This document shows positions 1-10,016 of a stretch of 64,000 bases of DNA, one piece after another. The DNA is taken from positions 39,125-103,124 of the forward strand of contig HF985561.1 in the NCBI GenBank assembly GCA_000431215.1, written 5' to 3'. Made by a program: the position numbers and the translations under genes. Under the pieces are notes generated by a model. That model saw only the letters and a list, made by a program, of their open reading frames with translations. It had not been told where the DNA came from and made no database searches. Numbering within the stretch: the stretch's first letter is position 1; each line of letters opens with the position of its first letter. The stretch comes from Prevotella sp. CAG:1031. GTDB taxonomy: Bacteria; Bacteroidota; Bacteroidia; Bacteroidales; Muribaculaceae.

Positions 1-31
1 TAGATTTTGCCGTAAAATCTCTACTTTTGAT

Positions 32-1876
32 ATGCAATTTATAAATGTAGAGATGATCCGATTTTATCTGATGTTCATTCTGGCAACCGCGCTGGCCTCT
101 TGTTCATGCAACGGCGCGGGCCATCATACAGACCAATTACCTGTCGATCCGGTCGAGGCACTTCCTCCGTCAAAGGCCTACTCTGAATATCTTTCGCGCC
201 TGCGTTCTTCACCGGCCTCCGACGGCTATATCTACCACAAGGCATTCTATTCTGCGGTCGACGCCGACTCGCTCAGGCACTTTGCCTCTTTCCTTGATTC
301 CATGCTGTCTCTGAATGCGAGCAAAATCAACACAAATTATATAGTATCCCACCGGCTGCTCTGTTCCTATATGTTGTCGCTGCCCGATATTGACGCGCTC
401 AAAGACAGCGCCACCTCGATGAAGCCATCTTCCGACCCCACACAAGAGGAAGTGTCGTCACACGTGACGGCCAAGACCATGGTAGCGAGCGATCCGCGGC
501 GCGCGTTCGACATGCAGTTCAGGGCGATAGAGGCAATGCGCCACGGCGGCACTTACCGTCCGGCTGAAGTACTCGCCCAGGCTGCTCTGATATGCACCAA
601 TCTGGGCCGCTACCAGATGGCCATGGATTATATCAACGAGGCTACCGACACCCTGATTGCCCATGACTGGCCCAAGCGCGAGACTATATTTGTTCTGGGA
701 AACAAAGCAAATCTCTATCAGACGCTTGAGATGATCGACTCGGCGCTCAGCGTAAACAGCCACGCCCTCGAAGTGGCTGCCGACAGCCCCAGTATGCTCG
801 CCGATCTTCTCGGCTGGCGCGCCGAAACCTTTGCTCAGGCGGGCGAACGCGATTCAGCATATTTCTATATCGACTCGGCTCTACAGGTAGTATCGAGCCT
901 CGACCTCTCCTATAAGGCCATGTTTGCCCGACATCTGCGTGCACGCCGCGGAATACTGACCGTAGGCGACTCGTCGGCCTCGAACCGACAGATAAGCGAA
1001 GCCGTCAGTGACATTCGCGAGGCTCTGAACGACTGGCTTATACCCTGGGAAGAGCGGTTTGCCATAGCTTTGGGGGAGTTCCGGCTTGGCGACCACGAGG
1101 CCATCTCGCGCATGGAAGAGGCCCACGACAGCCTTGCGCGGCATATCGACCCGCGGGAGCAGCTCTGGATCAAACGGGCTCTCATCGACGCTTACACCGC
1201 CACCGGGCGCACCGCCGACGCCTCGCGCGAATATGCCGCCACCTTCAGGCTGATGGACACGATAGACACCCGCTATGCCCGCTACCTGTCTATAGCCAAC
1301 GACATACAGTATCATGCGCGCGAGCGGCTACAGGAAAACGTCAGGCTGCGCAGCCTCCACCAGCGCGACAGCGCTCGTGTCTCATGGCTCACAATAATCT
1401 GCGGTATGATATTGCTCCTGCTTGGCGGAGCGACATGGCTCATCATACACTCTCACCGCCGTCACCGCCGCAGCATCGAGGCCCATAACGGGGAAATCGA
1501 CACCCTGCGCCGCAACAACGGCGAACTGAGCGAGCACATCGAAGAGCTGAAAGCTGCCGGAAAGGAGCGCGAAGCCTCGGAAGAATGGGACAAACTGACA
1601 CCTCCGTCAATGACATCGGAAGACAATGCCCGTTTCAGACACGCGTTCAGAAACCACCTTCCCGACTTCCTTGACAGGCTCAACTCACGCTGTGAGGGCC
1701 TGACACCCGGCGACGAAACTCTCTGTATGCTTATCCGCATCGGCCGCGACACCGACGACATATCGGTTGCCCTCGGCATATCGCGTGCGAGCGTCAACTC
1801 CGCACGCTACCGCATCCGACGCAAAATGAACCTCGCCAAAGAAGAGTCGCTCGACGATCTGATCAACTCGCTCTAA
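32..1876 (+). CDS. TPR-repeat, single-pass membrane regulator with C-terminal LuxR-family HTH domain
   Basis: 614-aa ORF: N-terminal lipoprotein-like signal (LASCSCN), TPR-like helical repeats, one TM segment (WLTIICGMILLLLGGATWLII), coiled coil, C-terminal LuxR-type HTH (ETLCMLIRIGRDTDDISVALGISRASVNSARYRIRRKM). Confidence 0.6.
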   Translation: MQFINVEMIRFYLMFILATALASCSCNGAGHHTDQLPVDPVEALPPSKAYSEYLSRLRSSPASDGYIYHKAFYSAVDADSLRHFASFLDSMLSLNASKINTNYIVSHRLLCSYMLSLPDIDALKDSATSMKPSSDPTQEEVSSHVTAKTMVASDPRRAFDMQFRAIEAMRHGGTYRPAEVLAQAALICTNLGRYQMAMDYINEATDTLIAHDWPKRETIFVLGNKANLYQTLEMIDSALSVNSHALEVAADSPSMLADLLGWRAETFAQAGERDSAYFYIDSALQVVSSLDLSYKAMFARHLRARRGILTVGDSSASNRQISEAVSDIREALNDWLIPWEERFAIALGEFRLGDHEAISRMEEAHDSLARHIDPREQLWIKRALIDAYTATGRTADASREYAATFRLMDTIDTRYARYLSIANDIQYHARERLQENVRLRSLHQRDSARVSWLTIICGMILLLLGGATWLIIHSHRRHRRSIEAHNGEIDTLRRNNGELSEHIEELKAAGKEREASEEWDKLTPPSMTSEDNARFRHAFRNHLPDFLDRLNSRCEGLTPGDETLCMLIRIGRDTDDISVALGISRASVNSARYRIRRKMNLAKEESLDDLINSL

Positions 1877-1951
1877 TAGATTTTTGCGTCGATTTGATAG
1901 ATTATCGCACGCAATCATTGCAGAATCTAATGCAATCTATCTATTACAGCC

Positions 1952-1959
1952 TATATTTG
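1952..1959 (+). promoter_or_regulatory. candidate Bacteroidota sigma-A -7 element (TATATTTG) for the downstream cargo gene
   Basis: exact TAnnTTTG match about 55 nt upstream of the ATG at 2014; no good -33 TTG at canonical spacing. Confidence 0.3.
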
Positions 1960-2013
1960 CACATCATCGTTTTTCACCAACAATTCTCAAAACCTTTCCA
2001 AAAACATTACGTT

Positions 2014-5000
2014 ATGAAGAAGATGCTACTATGCCTTGTGACAGCTCTGGCGGTATCTCCGGCGATGAACGGACAGCTTCTGGCTCCATCGCGCCCCGGG
2101 AATGCCTCCACTGCCTACAACAGTCCTCTGGGCGTCACGGCCAAAACCAATCCGCCGGGCCACAAAGCCCGGGTCAGTGTCGACAGCCGCACGACAGCCG
2201 ACCCTTCCAGGATCATGCGCCGGGCGACGGACGCCGTTCCCGAACCGGGCCTTCAGCTATGGGGCGTTGTCGGCTACAGCGACCACAATGAGGAAGGCAC
2301 CATGAATGCCCACCGCGGATTCTATCTCATCAGCGGCGAAGGGCGGTTCACAAAACTCGACGCCATCGACATCCCGTATGCCCGCAGTTCAAATTATGGA
2401 ACAACGCTGATCGGACGCGACTACTATCTCTATTACACTCCCAAATTCGAAATATGGTCGACAAAATCATGGACAAACACAGGCACGATCGCCGTCGGCA
2501 AGGGCTTCAGCAGCTTTGCCACCGCCTACTGGGCTCCTGACGGACTCGTCTATGCCTCGAAAAAAGACGGCACGACCTTCAAGCTCGTCACCCAGAACTA
2601 TGAATTAGGCACCGAGACCGAGATTGCCACACTCGAGACTCTATGGTTCGCAATGGCTTTCGACAAAGACGGGACTCTCTGGGGACTCGACAGCTCATGC
2701 TCGATCTGGAAAGCAACTCGCGAGGGCACTGTAACGAAGGTTCACGACAAGGTCATTCCCTGCGAGATGCCCGACTACTTCAATTCGATAAGCTCGGCTG
2801 TCATCGACAACAGCAATAACACGATGATCGCCAGCATCCTCGGCAACAACACCGACCTTGAGGCAGCCGACGACAACGGTCTCACCGCAGGTCTCTACCG
2901 AATAGACCTCGCCACCGGCAAAGCCACACTGCTCGTCCACTGGACCTACAACGACGAGGTCCTCGGTCTGGCATTCCCACTCGGCACCACCCCCGGTATT
3001 CCTGCCGACATGGCCGCGCCCGAACTTGACTTCGGATCCGGCTCGCTGACCGGAAACGTGAGCTTCACCTTGCCCTCGGAAACGACCGACGGCTCGGCCG
3101 GAGATGGCGAGCTGACATATACGGTCTATGTCGCCGGCAAAAAAGCCGCCTCGGGCACCGGCGCCTGGGGTTCTTCGCAGAATGTCAGCGTAACCGCCCC
3201 CACCTCGGGCTATAACTATTTCTATGTCGAATGCTCGTCGACAGCCGGAAAAGGCATCGGTGCAGGAAAGTGGATGTTTACCGGCAAGGATGCTCCTGTG
3301 GCCCCGTCGAGCGTCAACGCCCAATTTATGGCAGGGGGCAGCATGGTCATGGTGACATGGAGCAAAGTGACCGAGTCGGTCAACGGCGGCTATATCAACC
3401 CCGACGAAGTCACCTACACTCTTCGCCGCTACACCGGCCCTGACGACACCGAAGGAGAAATCTGGAAAGAAAATATCTCTATCACAAGTGAGGCCCGTCC
3501 TATGGCCGAGCCTGATCAGATCACCGACTATACATGGGGTGTGACCGCTACCTACGACGGCAAGACATCGGCCGAGACACGTTCGAACGCGCTGCGCTCG
3601 GGATACGTCACTCCGCCCTGGACCTACGACTTCAGCAATGAGGCCGACATCTTCAACACCTTCACGCGAATAAACAACAACAGCGACACCGAGTCCTGGA
3701 AATACTATTCCAGCGGCTTCGGAGCAAACAAGAACGGAATGGTGTCGGTGCGCCTCAACAAATATCAGGCTACGGGAGAAGACTGGGACAAATGGCTCGT
3801 CTCGCCCAACGTCAAGCTGATACCGGGCAAAGCCTACCGTTTCAACGTCAAGGTCAAAGACCAGAGCAACAGCACCACGAGTCCCCACCGCGTCGAGGTG
3901 AAACTCGGCACCTCGTCGAGCGACATGGAAACCATGACACTTGACATCGTGCCTCAGCAGGATGTTACCGGAACGACATGGAAAACCCTCGAGGGTTATA
4001 TCCGCGTCGACACCGAGAACAAATATTTTGTCGGAATCCACGTCTGCACTCCCGCCAACAACGGCGTCGCCGTTTCACGCACCATCTACTTCGACGACTT
4101 CACGATAGGACTTCCGCAGGAAAGCAGCACTCCCGGCCAGGTAGCCGATTTCTCGGTGACACCGGCCGCCGACGGCTCTCATTCAGCTACAATCAGCTTC
4201 AAAGCTCCGTCGACCGACTTCGCCGGGCAGAATCCTCTCGCATCGCTTGACAAAGTCGACATCTACCGGGGCGAAGAACTGATAAAGACCTTCGAACACC
4301 CCTCGTTCGGGCAGCAGCTCGAATATATCGACAACACCCCCTCATTCGGCGAATACACCTACCGCGTCGTCGGCTCGAACGAGAACGGCGAAGGAAATGC
4401 CATGTCAGCCACGGTGTTCGTCGGTGTCAAGCTTGCCGCATCGCCTGAAAACGTCACTGTTTTCCAGACGTCAAATCCGGGCGAAGTGACCCTGTCATGG
4501 ACACCCCCGACAAAAGACATCGACGGCGGCCTTCTTCCCGCAGGAGGTGTAACAGGCTATTCGGTTGTCGAGCTTCTCGGAAGCGCACAGAACTGGCTTC
4601 AGGATGTCGACGCCTCAGTCAACAGCGTAACCTTCAGAGCGATCGAAGCCGATGCGGCTCAGGACTTCAAACGCTACGCGGTATTCCCGATAACCGAGAG
4701 CGGCACAGGCCGCGGCCGGGCCAGCGAAATCATCGTGGTCGGCAATCCCGACCAGCTTCCCTGGAGCGAATCGTTCAACGACGCGGAGTTCCACCACAAC
4801 TATATGATCGAAGGCACCGGCGGCAACTGGTTCCTGTTTAAAGACGAAGATCTGTCGGGCCTCTCCGACTGCGACGGCAACAACGGATTCATCGGCATGC
4901 AGGCCGAATTTATCGACGACTGGTCAGCTCTGGTTACAGGCCGCATATCGCTCGCCGGCACAACCAATCCCTATCTGACTTTCAATACCTACAATATCGT

Positions 5001-6600
5001 CAACTCACTCGGCACACCCGATCAGAACAAACTCGAAGTTTTCGTAGTTGCTCCGGGAGAAGAGGTCAAATGCGTCAAGACAATCGTCATGGCCGACGAC
5101 TGTGCCCAGCAGGGCTGGAACCGCTTCCTCGTCGACCTCTCGGAATGGGCAGGCCGCGACATACAGCTCAAATTCCAGGCCACCGCAGTAAATCTGCAAT
5201 ACACCTTCATCGACGCCGTCAAGGTCAATGAGGCCCGCGCCCACGACCTCACCGCCCTCTCAATCACAGCTCCCGAGAAAATCCGCGCCAACGAAGAATT
5301 CAAAGTGCGCGTCAAACTTGAGAACTCCGGTTCATCGACCGAGGGAGACTACTCGATCAACCTTATGCGAAACGGTCAGCCCGAGGTTACGGCTCAGGGG
5401 CGCACCGTCCATCCCACCGAAACAATGTGGGTCGACATTCCTGTCACAGTCGGCGTTATTAACGAAGGCCCCCAGGAATTCAAGGCCGAAATCGTGCTCG
5501 CCACCGATGAATATACCGACGACAATATGACCGGCACAGCTATCTCCAAGCTGGTGCTTCCGAAGCTTCCCGTAGTCAACAATCCCGTGGCTACGACTGA
5601 CGGCAACGGCTCAGTTGAGCTTCAATGGGAAAAGCCGACCATCGACCGCACTCCGCGACGCATCACCGACACAATGGAAGCCTACGAAGGCGGCACAAGC
5701 GAATGCGACGAATGGATAATCATCGACGGCGACGAGATGCCTGTGCTCGGTTTCGAAGACTTCAGGATGCCCGGAGTACCCTCCGGTTCAAAACGCTCAT
5801 GGTTTGTCATTGACGAGAGCGACCCGGCCTTCGGCGACATCGACTCGTTCTATGCCCATTCAGGCAACAAGAGCCTCGGATTCTTCGGCGTCGACGGCAC
5901 CTGTGCCGACTGGATCATCTCTCCGCAGCTCTCCGGTCAGGCCCAGCAGGTATCGTTGTGGCTGCGCGCCTATCATCCCTATGTCAGCGAAACAGTCGAA
6001 TTCCTCATCTCTGGTGAGAGCAACAACCCGTGGAACTTCACCCGAGTTGCCACCTACGATCTCATCGGAGCCGACTGGACCGAATATATCATCAATCTGC
6101 CTGCCGGAGCCCGCTACTTCGCCATCAAGGGCGCTACAGCCTCCGGGCTGCTCGGAATGCTCGACGACGTCTCGTATATCCCTCTGGGCAACAGCGCTGT
6201 CAACCATCGCGGCTACAATATCTACCGCGACGGCGTGCGGCTCAATGAGTCACCTCTCCGGAAGCCTGCATTCAGCCACGCTGTCAGCGGCGATGCCGTA
6301 GGCTCAGTCTACCGTCTTACCGCAGTGTATGACGAAGGTGAATCAATTCCTGTCGATGTAACCGTGACACAGGCAGCTGCTCTCGGCATGACATCAGCCC
6401 CGTCGGTAGCCATCGCCGGAGGCCGCGGAAAAATCACCGTCACCGGTGCCGAAGGCCTTGAGGTCATCATCGTGTCGCCCGACGGAAAGATTGTCTACAG
6501 CGGCATAGCCTCCGACAACAACCTTTCGGTATCGATCGCCAACCCGGGCATCTACATCGCCAAAGCCGGCACAACAGCCGCTAAAGTGACCGTCAGATAA
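2014..6600 (+). CDS. large secreted T9SS cargo protein (Fn3-like and choice-of-anchor-J-like domains, C-terminal Por sorting domain)
   Basis: Signal peptide MKKMLLCLVTALAVSPAMNGQ begins at 2014 (ORF-track 1894 start lies upstream of the signal peptide). About 1528 aa of Thr/Ser/Gly-rich beta-sandwich repeats. C-terminal roughly 80 aa ending ...PGIYIAKAGTTAAKVTVR matches the T9SS type-A sorting domain pattern. Confidence 0.65.
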   Translation: MKKMLLCLVTALAVSPAMNGQLLAPSRPGNASTAYNSPLGVTAKTNPPGHKARVSVDSRTTADPSRIMRRATDAVPEPGLQLWGVVGYSDHNEEGTMNAHRGFYLISGEGRFTKLDAIDIPYARSSNYGTTLIGRDYYLYYTPKFEIWSTKSWTNTGTIAVGKGFSSFATAYWAPDGLVYASKKDGTTFKLVTQNYELGTETEIATLETLWFAMAFDKDGTLWGLDSSCSIWKATREGTVTKVHDKVIPCEMPDYFNSISSAVIDNSNNTMIASILGNNTDLEAADDNGLTAGLYRIDLATGKATLLVHWTYNDEVLGLAFPLGTTPGIPADMAAPELDFGSGSLTGNVSFTLPSETTDGSAGDGELTYTVYVAGKKAASGTGAWGSSQNVSVTAPTSGYNYFYVECSSTAGKGIGAGKWMFTGKDAPVAPSSVNAQFMAGGSMVMVTWSKVTESVNGGYINPDEVTYTLRRYTGPDDTEGEIWKENISITSEARPMAEPDQITDYTWGVTATYDGKTSAETRSNALRSGYVTPPWTYDFSNEADIFNTFTRINNNSDTESWKYYSSGFGANKNGMVSVRLNKYQATGEDWDKWLVSPNVKLIPGKAYRFNVKVKDQSNSTTSPHRVEVKLGTSSSDMETMTLDIVPQQDVTGTTWKTLEGYIRVDTENKYFVGIHVCTPANNGVAVSRTIYFDDFTIGLPQESSTPGQVADFSVTPAADGSHSATISFKAPSTDFAGQNPLASLDKVDIYRGEELIKTFEHPSFGQQLEYIDNTPSFGEYTYRVVGSNENGEGNAMSATVFVGVKLAASPENVTVFQTSNPGEVTLSWTPPTKDIDGGLLPAGGVTGYSVVELLGSAQNWLQDVDASVNSVTFRAIEADAAQDFKRYAVFPITESGTGRGRASEIIVVGNPDQLPWSESFNDAEFHHNYMIEGTGGNWFLFKDEDLSGLSDCDGNNGFIGMQAEFIDDWSALVTGRISLAGTTNPYLTFNTYNIVNSLGTPDQNKLEVFVVAPGEEVKCVKTIVMADDCAQQGWNRFLVDLSEWAGRDIQLKFQATAVNLQYTFIDAVKVNEARAHDLTALSITAPEKIRANEEFKVRVKLENSGSSTEGDYSINLMRNGQPEVTAQGRTVHPTETMWVDIPVTVGVINEGPQEFKAEIVLATDEYTDDNMTGTAISKLVLPKLPVVNNPVATTDGNGSVELQWEKPTIDRTPRRITDTMEAYEGGTSECDEWIIIDGDEMPVLGFEDFRMPGVPSGSKRSWFVIDESDPAFGDIDSFYAHSGNKSLGFFGVDGTCADWIISPQLSGQAQQVSLWLRAYHPYVSETVEFLISGESNNPWNFTRVATYDLIGADWTEYIINLPAGARYFAIKGATASGLLGMLDDVSYIPLGNSAVNHRGYNIYRDGVRLNESPLRKPAFSHAVSGDAVGSVYRLTAVYDEGESIPVDVTVTQAAALGMTSAPSVAIAGGRGKITVTGAEGLEVIIVSPDGKIVYSGIASDNNLSVSIANPGIYIAKAGTTAAKVTVR

Positions 6601-6622
6601 CCGTTCCCTACCCGTATAATCG

Positions 6623-6671
6623 ACCGCGTTCCGCAAGCCTTGCAAAGGGCTATACGGAACGCGGTTTTCTA
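6623..6671 (+). terminator. rho-independent terminator after cargo gene
   Basis: 11-bp GC-rich stem accgcgttccg/cggaacgcggt followed by TTTTCT immediately after stop at 6600. Confidence 0.4.
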
Positions 6672-6687
6672 TGTCGTCACCCGGACG

Positions 6688-7746
6688 TCAGACTCCGAAA
6701 AGAAACATTAGCGGCTTTGAGTCGCGCATCTCGCCAGCAGCGTCGCCCGAATATATCGCGCCATTTGTCAGAGTGAGTTTCATGACCTTGTTGCCGGCAT
6801 TGAAATCAAGCTTTCTTAAATCAATCCAGAAAATATCGGGGCTTAGCGTAGACTCGAAATAATAAACCAGATTCTTCTGATCGGCGACAGTGCGCCAGCG
6901 GGTCGAGGCGATATTCGGCTGCGACGGGATTGAGATTCCCAGTGGCACCGACACATTGCGCATAACGCTGAAGACTCCGGCCACAGCCTGACGATAATCA
7001 GAGGTCCGGGGCAAAGCCTTGATATAGAACGAAGCTCTCACAAACCTGTCGGATGCCCTGTTGGTACCCGGCAGCATGACAAGACCGCCGATCTGCTCCC
7101 AGTAATCGTCGAGAGTCTGCTGCTTGTCGTAGGTCGGAGAATTGGTCATCACCTGACATTCACGTCCGTGATGGATCACGAGGTTGCCGTTGATATATTC
7201 AAAAATCGCACTGTTCCCCGTAGGGTCGGAGATAGAAAGATGCAATGTCGATTTCGCACCGTTGGGAAGATCGGGATCATCTATCCTGAACAGTTCCTTG
7301 CCAAGTTCCTCGACAGCCTCATCAACGGTGGCGAAATTATCGAGCACATATTGTGTCCATATACTCAGCCCCATGACAGGCCGGTTGTCGTCGGGTCGGT
7401 GGTAATCTGATTCCGCCAGAAAAAGCAGATTGGCCACAAGCCCCTTCTCGTTCATGCCGTCGCAGACCCCGATGTCATATCCGGCAGTCACCACACTGCC
7501 GTAGGCCGACGTCCATCTGACAGTATTGTCAGTTTCGGCTCCGCGACGGGACATACCCCTCGGAAAGAAATAGATGTTTGAATGCGGATCTTCTTTCCAG
7601 TCCATCGTGCGTCCCGTGACAATCATGTTGTCGGGGCCCAGATAAACGGCCCGTGTGCAGGCATCCGCCAATCCCGGCAAAGCTGCCGACCCTGCAATAA
7701 CACACGCCAAAGCGGCGATTCTCAAATACCCTGTTTTGTCAGTCAT
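6688..7746 (-). CDS. linear amide C-N hydrolase, choloylglycine hydrolase / penicillin V acylase (Ntn-hydrolase) family, secreted
   Basis: 352 aa; signal peptide then ...ADAC-TRAVYLGPDNMIVTGRTMDWKED (N-terminal nucleophile Cys context typical of CBAH/PVA family), NEKGL motif; intact length for family. Confidence 0.7.
   Translation of the reverse strand: MTDKTGYLRIAALACVIAGSAALPGLADACTRAVYLGPDNMIVTGRTMDWKEDPHSNIYFFPRGMSRRGAETDNTVRWTSAYGSVVTAGYDIGVCDGMNEKGLVANLLFLAESDYHRPDDNRPVMGLSIWTQYVLDNFATVDEAVEELGKELFRIDDPDLPNGAKSTLHLSISDPTGNSAIFEYINGNLVIHHGRECQVMTNSPTYDKQQTLDDYWEQIGGLVMLPGTNRASDRFVRASFYIKALPRTSDYRQAVAGVFSVMRNVSVPLGISIPSQPNIASTRWRTVADQKNLVYYFESTLSPDIFWIDLRKLDFNAGNKVMKLTLTNGAIYSGDAAGEMRDSKPLMFLFGV
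7286..7730. repeat. direct repeat copy A (445 bp; 5' part of Ntn-hydrolase gene), about 96% identical to 8729..9173
   Basis: base-by-base comparison: about 16 mismatches over 445 bp, constant offset 1443 bp. Confidence 0.8.
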
Positions 7747-8060
7747 ATCAGTATATAAATCAAATTCTTATTATCCACAAAAATTGCGACCTCAACACTT
7801 TTATAACGTCTGAAGAAAGAAACGGTTTAAATTTTAGCAGAAATTCCGACACGCGCGTTTTGTAATCGAAAGATAGGGCAAAATCTCAGATTATATTATA
7901 ACTTTGTCAAGTACAGCGTACATAGGTTCTTCTTTATGAATGATTTAAGCAGCCATAATATAGCAAGCAAACTTATTTACACGTTGTATTTCAACACTTT
8001 AACTACTTACTTAAGAACTTGAAACTTGAAATAAGTTTAAATCACTTTATTATATATTTT

Positions 8061-8732
8061 ATGGAATACTCAACTAAGCGTAAAGGAATAATTATTATAA
8101 GTTGTGTTGCAGCTACTGCTATTGTTGGCGTAACCGTACTTTGGGTTATAAATAAATACCGAAATGAAAAGTTTTTAGATGAAGGAGAGGCGATACTATT
8201 TGACGAATGTATGTATGCGTCCTATCCTTTAATCGCTAATTACTCTAATGTGCTATATGAACAGGCAAGTATATTTGAGTATAATGCACAACAAGCGAGT
8301 GCTATGAGTAGAGATTTAGATGAGTTCCAAGAAAACTTAATTAATCTAAACAGGCCATATATTAATAGTCGGCGAGATTGGTTTGCTGTATCTATGGAAT
8401 ATAGGATGTTTATAACATCAGTGCCATATAGTTATCTATGTATTAATCCTAAACTTCGCAAGAAAGAATCTGCCGCCTTTGGTAAGACAATATATTCAGA
8501 GAATACTCTAAAAAAATGGGACGAAATGGAACCAGACTCATTAATCCACGCTTGTCAAGAGATAAAAGTATGTCTCTCTGAAGCCCTAAGAGATTTGGAT
8601 AGATATAGAAAGCCTAACCAAGAAATTACTGCATGGCGAGAAATTTCCCCAAATCAAGGGCGAGATTTATATAAAAAGTATAATGAGCGGAAAAACTGGC
8701 CTTTTTCGTTTCTTAACAAAAAACAATACTGA
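8061..8732 (+). CDS. hypothetical membrane-anchored protein encoded in AT-rich island
   Basis: 223-aa ORF from ATG 8061 (MEYSTKRKGIIIISCVAATAIVGVTVLWVI = N-terminal TM helix). Local GC about 30% versus about 58% elsewhere. Stop codon TGA sits exactly at the island/repeat junction. No recognisable family. Confidence 0.4.
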   Translation: MEYSTKRKGIIIISCVAATAIVGVTVLWVINKYRNEKFLDEGEAILFDECMYASYPLIANYSNVLYEQASIFEYNAQQASAMSRDLDEFQENLINLNRPYINSRRDWFAVSMEYRMFITSVPYSYLCINPKLRKKESAAFGKTIYSENTLKKWDEMEPDSLIHACQEIKVCLSEALRDLDRYRKPNQEITAWREISPNQGRDLYKKYNERKNWPFSFLNKKQY

Positions 8733-9173
8733 ACAGCTCCTTGCCAAGTTCCTCGACAGCCTCATCGACGGTGGCGAAATTATCGAGCACATATTGTGTC
8801 CATATACTCAGCCCCATGACAGGCCGGTTGTCATCGGATCTGTGGTAATCTGATTCCGCCAGAAAAAGCAGATTGGCCACAAGCCCCTTCTCGTTCATGC
8901 CGTCGCAGACCCCGATGTCATATCCAGCAGTCACCACACTGCCGTAGGCCGACGTCCATCTGACCGTATTGTCGGTCTCGGCTCCGCGCCGGGCCATACC
9001 CCTCGGAAAGAAATAGATGTTTGAATGCGGATCTTCTTTCCAGTCCATCGTGCGTCCCGTGACAATCATGTTGTCGGGGCCCAGATAAACGGCCCGTGTG
9101 CAGGCATCCGACAATTCCGGCAAAACTGCCGACCCTGCAATAACACACGCCATAGCGGCGATTCTCAAATTCC
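8729..9173 (-). pseudogene. truncated 5' fragment (about 147 codons) of a second Ntn-hydrolase gene copy
   Basis: translation MACVIAGSAVLPELSDACTRAVYLGPDNMIVTGRTMDWKED...EELGKELF then runs into AT-rich DNA; 3' 60% of gene absent. Confidence 0.6.
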
Positions 9174-9223
9174 GCCCGATGAAATTTTCAGCTACCCGAC
9201 AATGATTTCTGATGAATAAGTTG

Positions 9224-9231
9224 TATTTTTG
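9224..9231 (+). promoter_or_regulatory. candidate -7 element TATTTTTG for lipoprotein gene
   Basis: TAnnTTTG match 23 nt upstream of ATG 9254. Confidence 0.3.
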
Positions 9232-9253
9232 CGCGATTAAATATTTATCACAG

Positions 9254-9658
9254 ATGTCAAGGAAATTCTTTATGACGGTGATTCTGGGCTGCGCGCTTGT
9301 TCTGGCGGCCTGCAATCATCTGAGCGATGAGGCAAAAGAGATTGCCGGCAATTACTATATCAGCGAGATTTCTCAGGACGAGCCTCTTATGGAGCTCAAC
9401 AAAAACGGCAAATGCAAGATCAGAGCCATCAATCCCGGGGTCCTGACAATGACTGTCGAGGGCAAATGGAATGTCGAGGGCAACAAGCTGATTCTTGATC
9501 TCGACCCGTCGACTCTGCTCACCGAAGGCGATTCGACCCTCGTCGGAAAAATTGTCGGCCATCAGGAGAAACCGATTGTTGACTTCAACGGAATCACACT
9601 GACGGTCAACGACCACGGCAGCAACTTCATGTATCATCGCCGGAATGATGTCAAATAA
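9254..9658 (+). CDS. hypothetical lipoprotein
   Basis: MSRKFFMTVILGCALVLAAC lipoprotein signal; 134 aa; no family recognised. Confidence 0.5.
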   Translation: MSRKFFMTVILGCALVLAACNHLSDEAKEIAGNYYISEISQDEPLMELNKNGKCKIRAINPGVLTMTVEGKWNVEGNKLILDLDPSTLLTEGDSTLVGKIVGHQEKPIVDFNGITLTVNDHGSNFMYHRRNDVK

Positions 9659-10010
9659 TCGTCAGGGAATGGACTGGCGCGATTCTCTGCGTCAGCTGCT
9701 CGACCCCGAGCAACAGTCCGACGTAGACGGAGCCGATGAGCCTGTCCAGGCTCCCGCTGAGCCCGTTTTCGGAGGCAGGAAGCTCGACATCGTGCTCGAC
9801 AAAAAAGGACGGCGAGGCAAACAGGCCACTATCATCGCAGGCTTCGACACCGACAACGACACCGAGGCTCTGGCTGTTGCCGCTCGCCTCAAACAATCTC
9901 TCGGCACAGGAGGCTCAGCCCGCGGCGGAGAGATTCTGATTCAGGGCGACCGCAGAAAAGATGTAGCGTCGCTGCTGACAGGGATGGGCTATAAAACGCG
10001 CATAATCTGA
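9645..10010 (+). CDS. SUI1/YciH-family translation initiation factor
   Basis: 121 aa; conserved core RKLDIVLDKKGRRGKQATIIAGF...GGSARGGEILIQGDRRKDV matches eIF1/SUI1 fold signature (KxGRKGK...IQLQGD). Confidence 0.65.
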   Translation: MMSNNRQGMDWRDSLRQLLDPEQQSDVDGADEPVQAPAEPVFGGRKLDIVLDKKGRRGKQATIIAGFDTDNDTEALAVAARLKQSLGTGGSARGGEILIQGDRRKDVASLLTGMGYKTRII

Positions 10011-10016
10011 CCGCGG

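Noticed and set aside
2695-4041. 448-aa minus-strand ORF inside the large cargo gene
   Set aside because: Antisense to a well-supported gene; Arg/Gly/Ala-rich composition typical of spurious ORFs on the opposite strand of high-GC coding DNA; no start context or family resemblance.
8713-9315. Full 200-aa ORF-track call for the second hydrolase copy
   Set aside because: Only 8729-9173 is homologous to the hydrolase. The N-terminal extension (MQAARTSAQPRITVIKNFLD...) runs through the lipoprotein gene's promoter region and the C-terminal end reads into island DNA; treated as a gene fragment, not a CDS.
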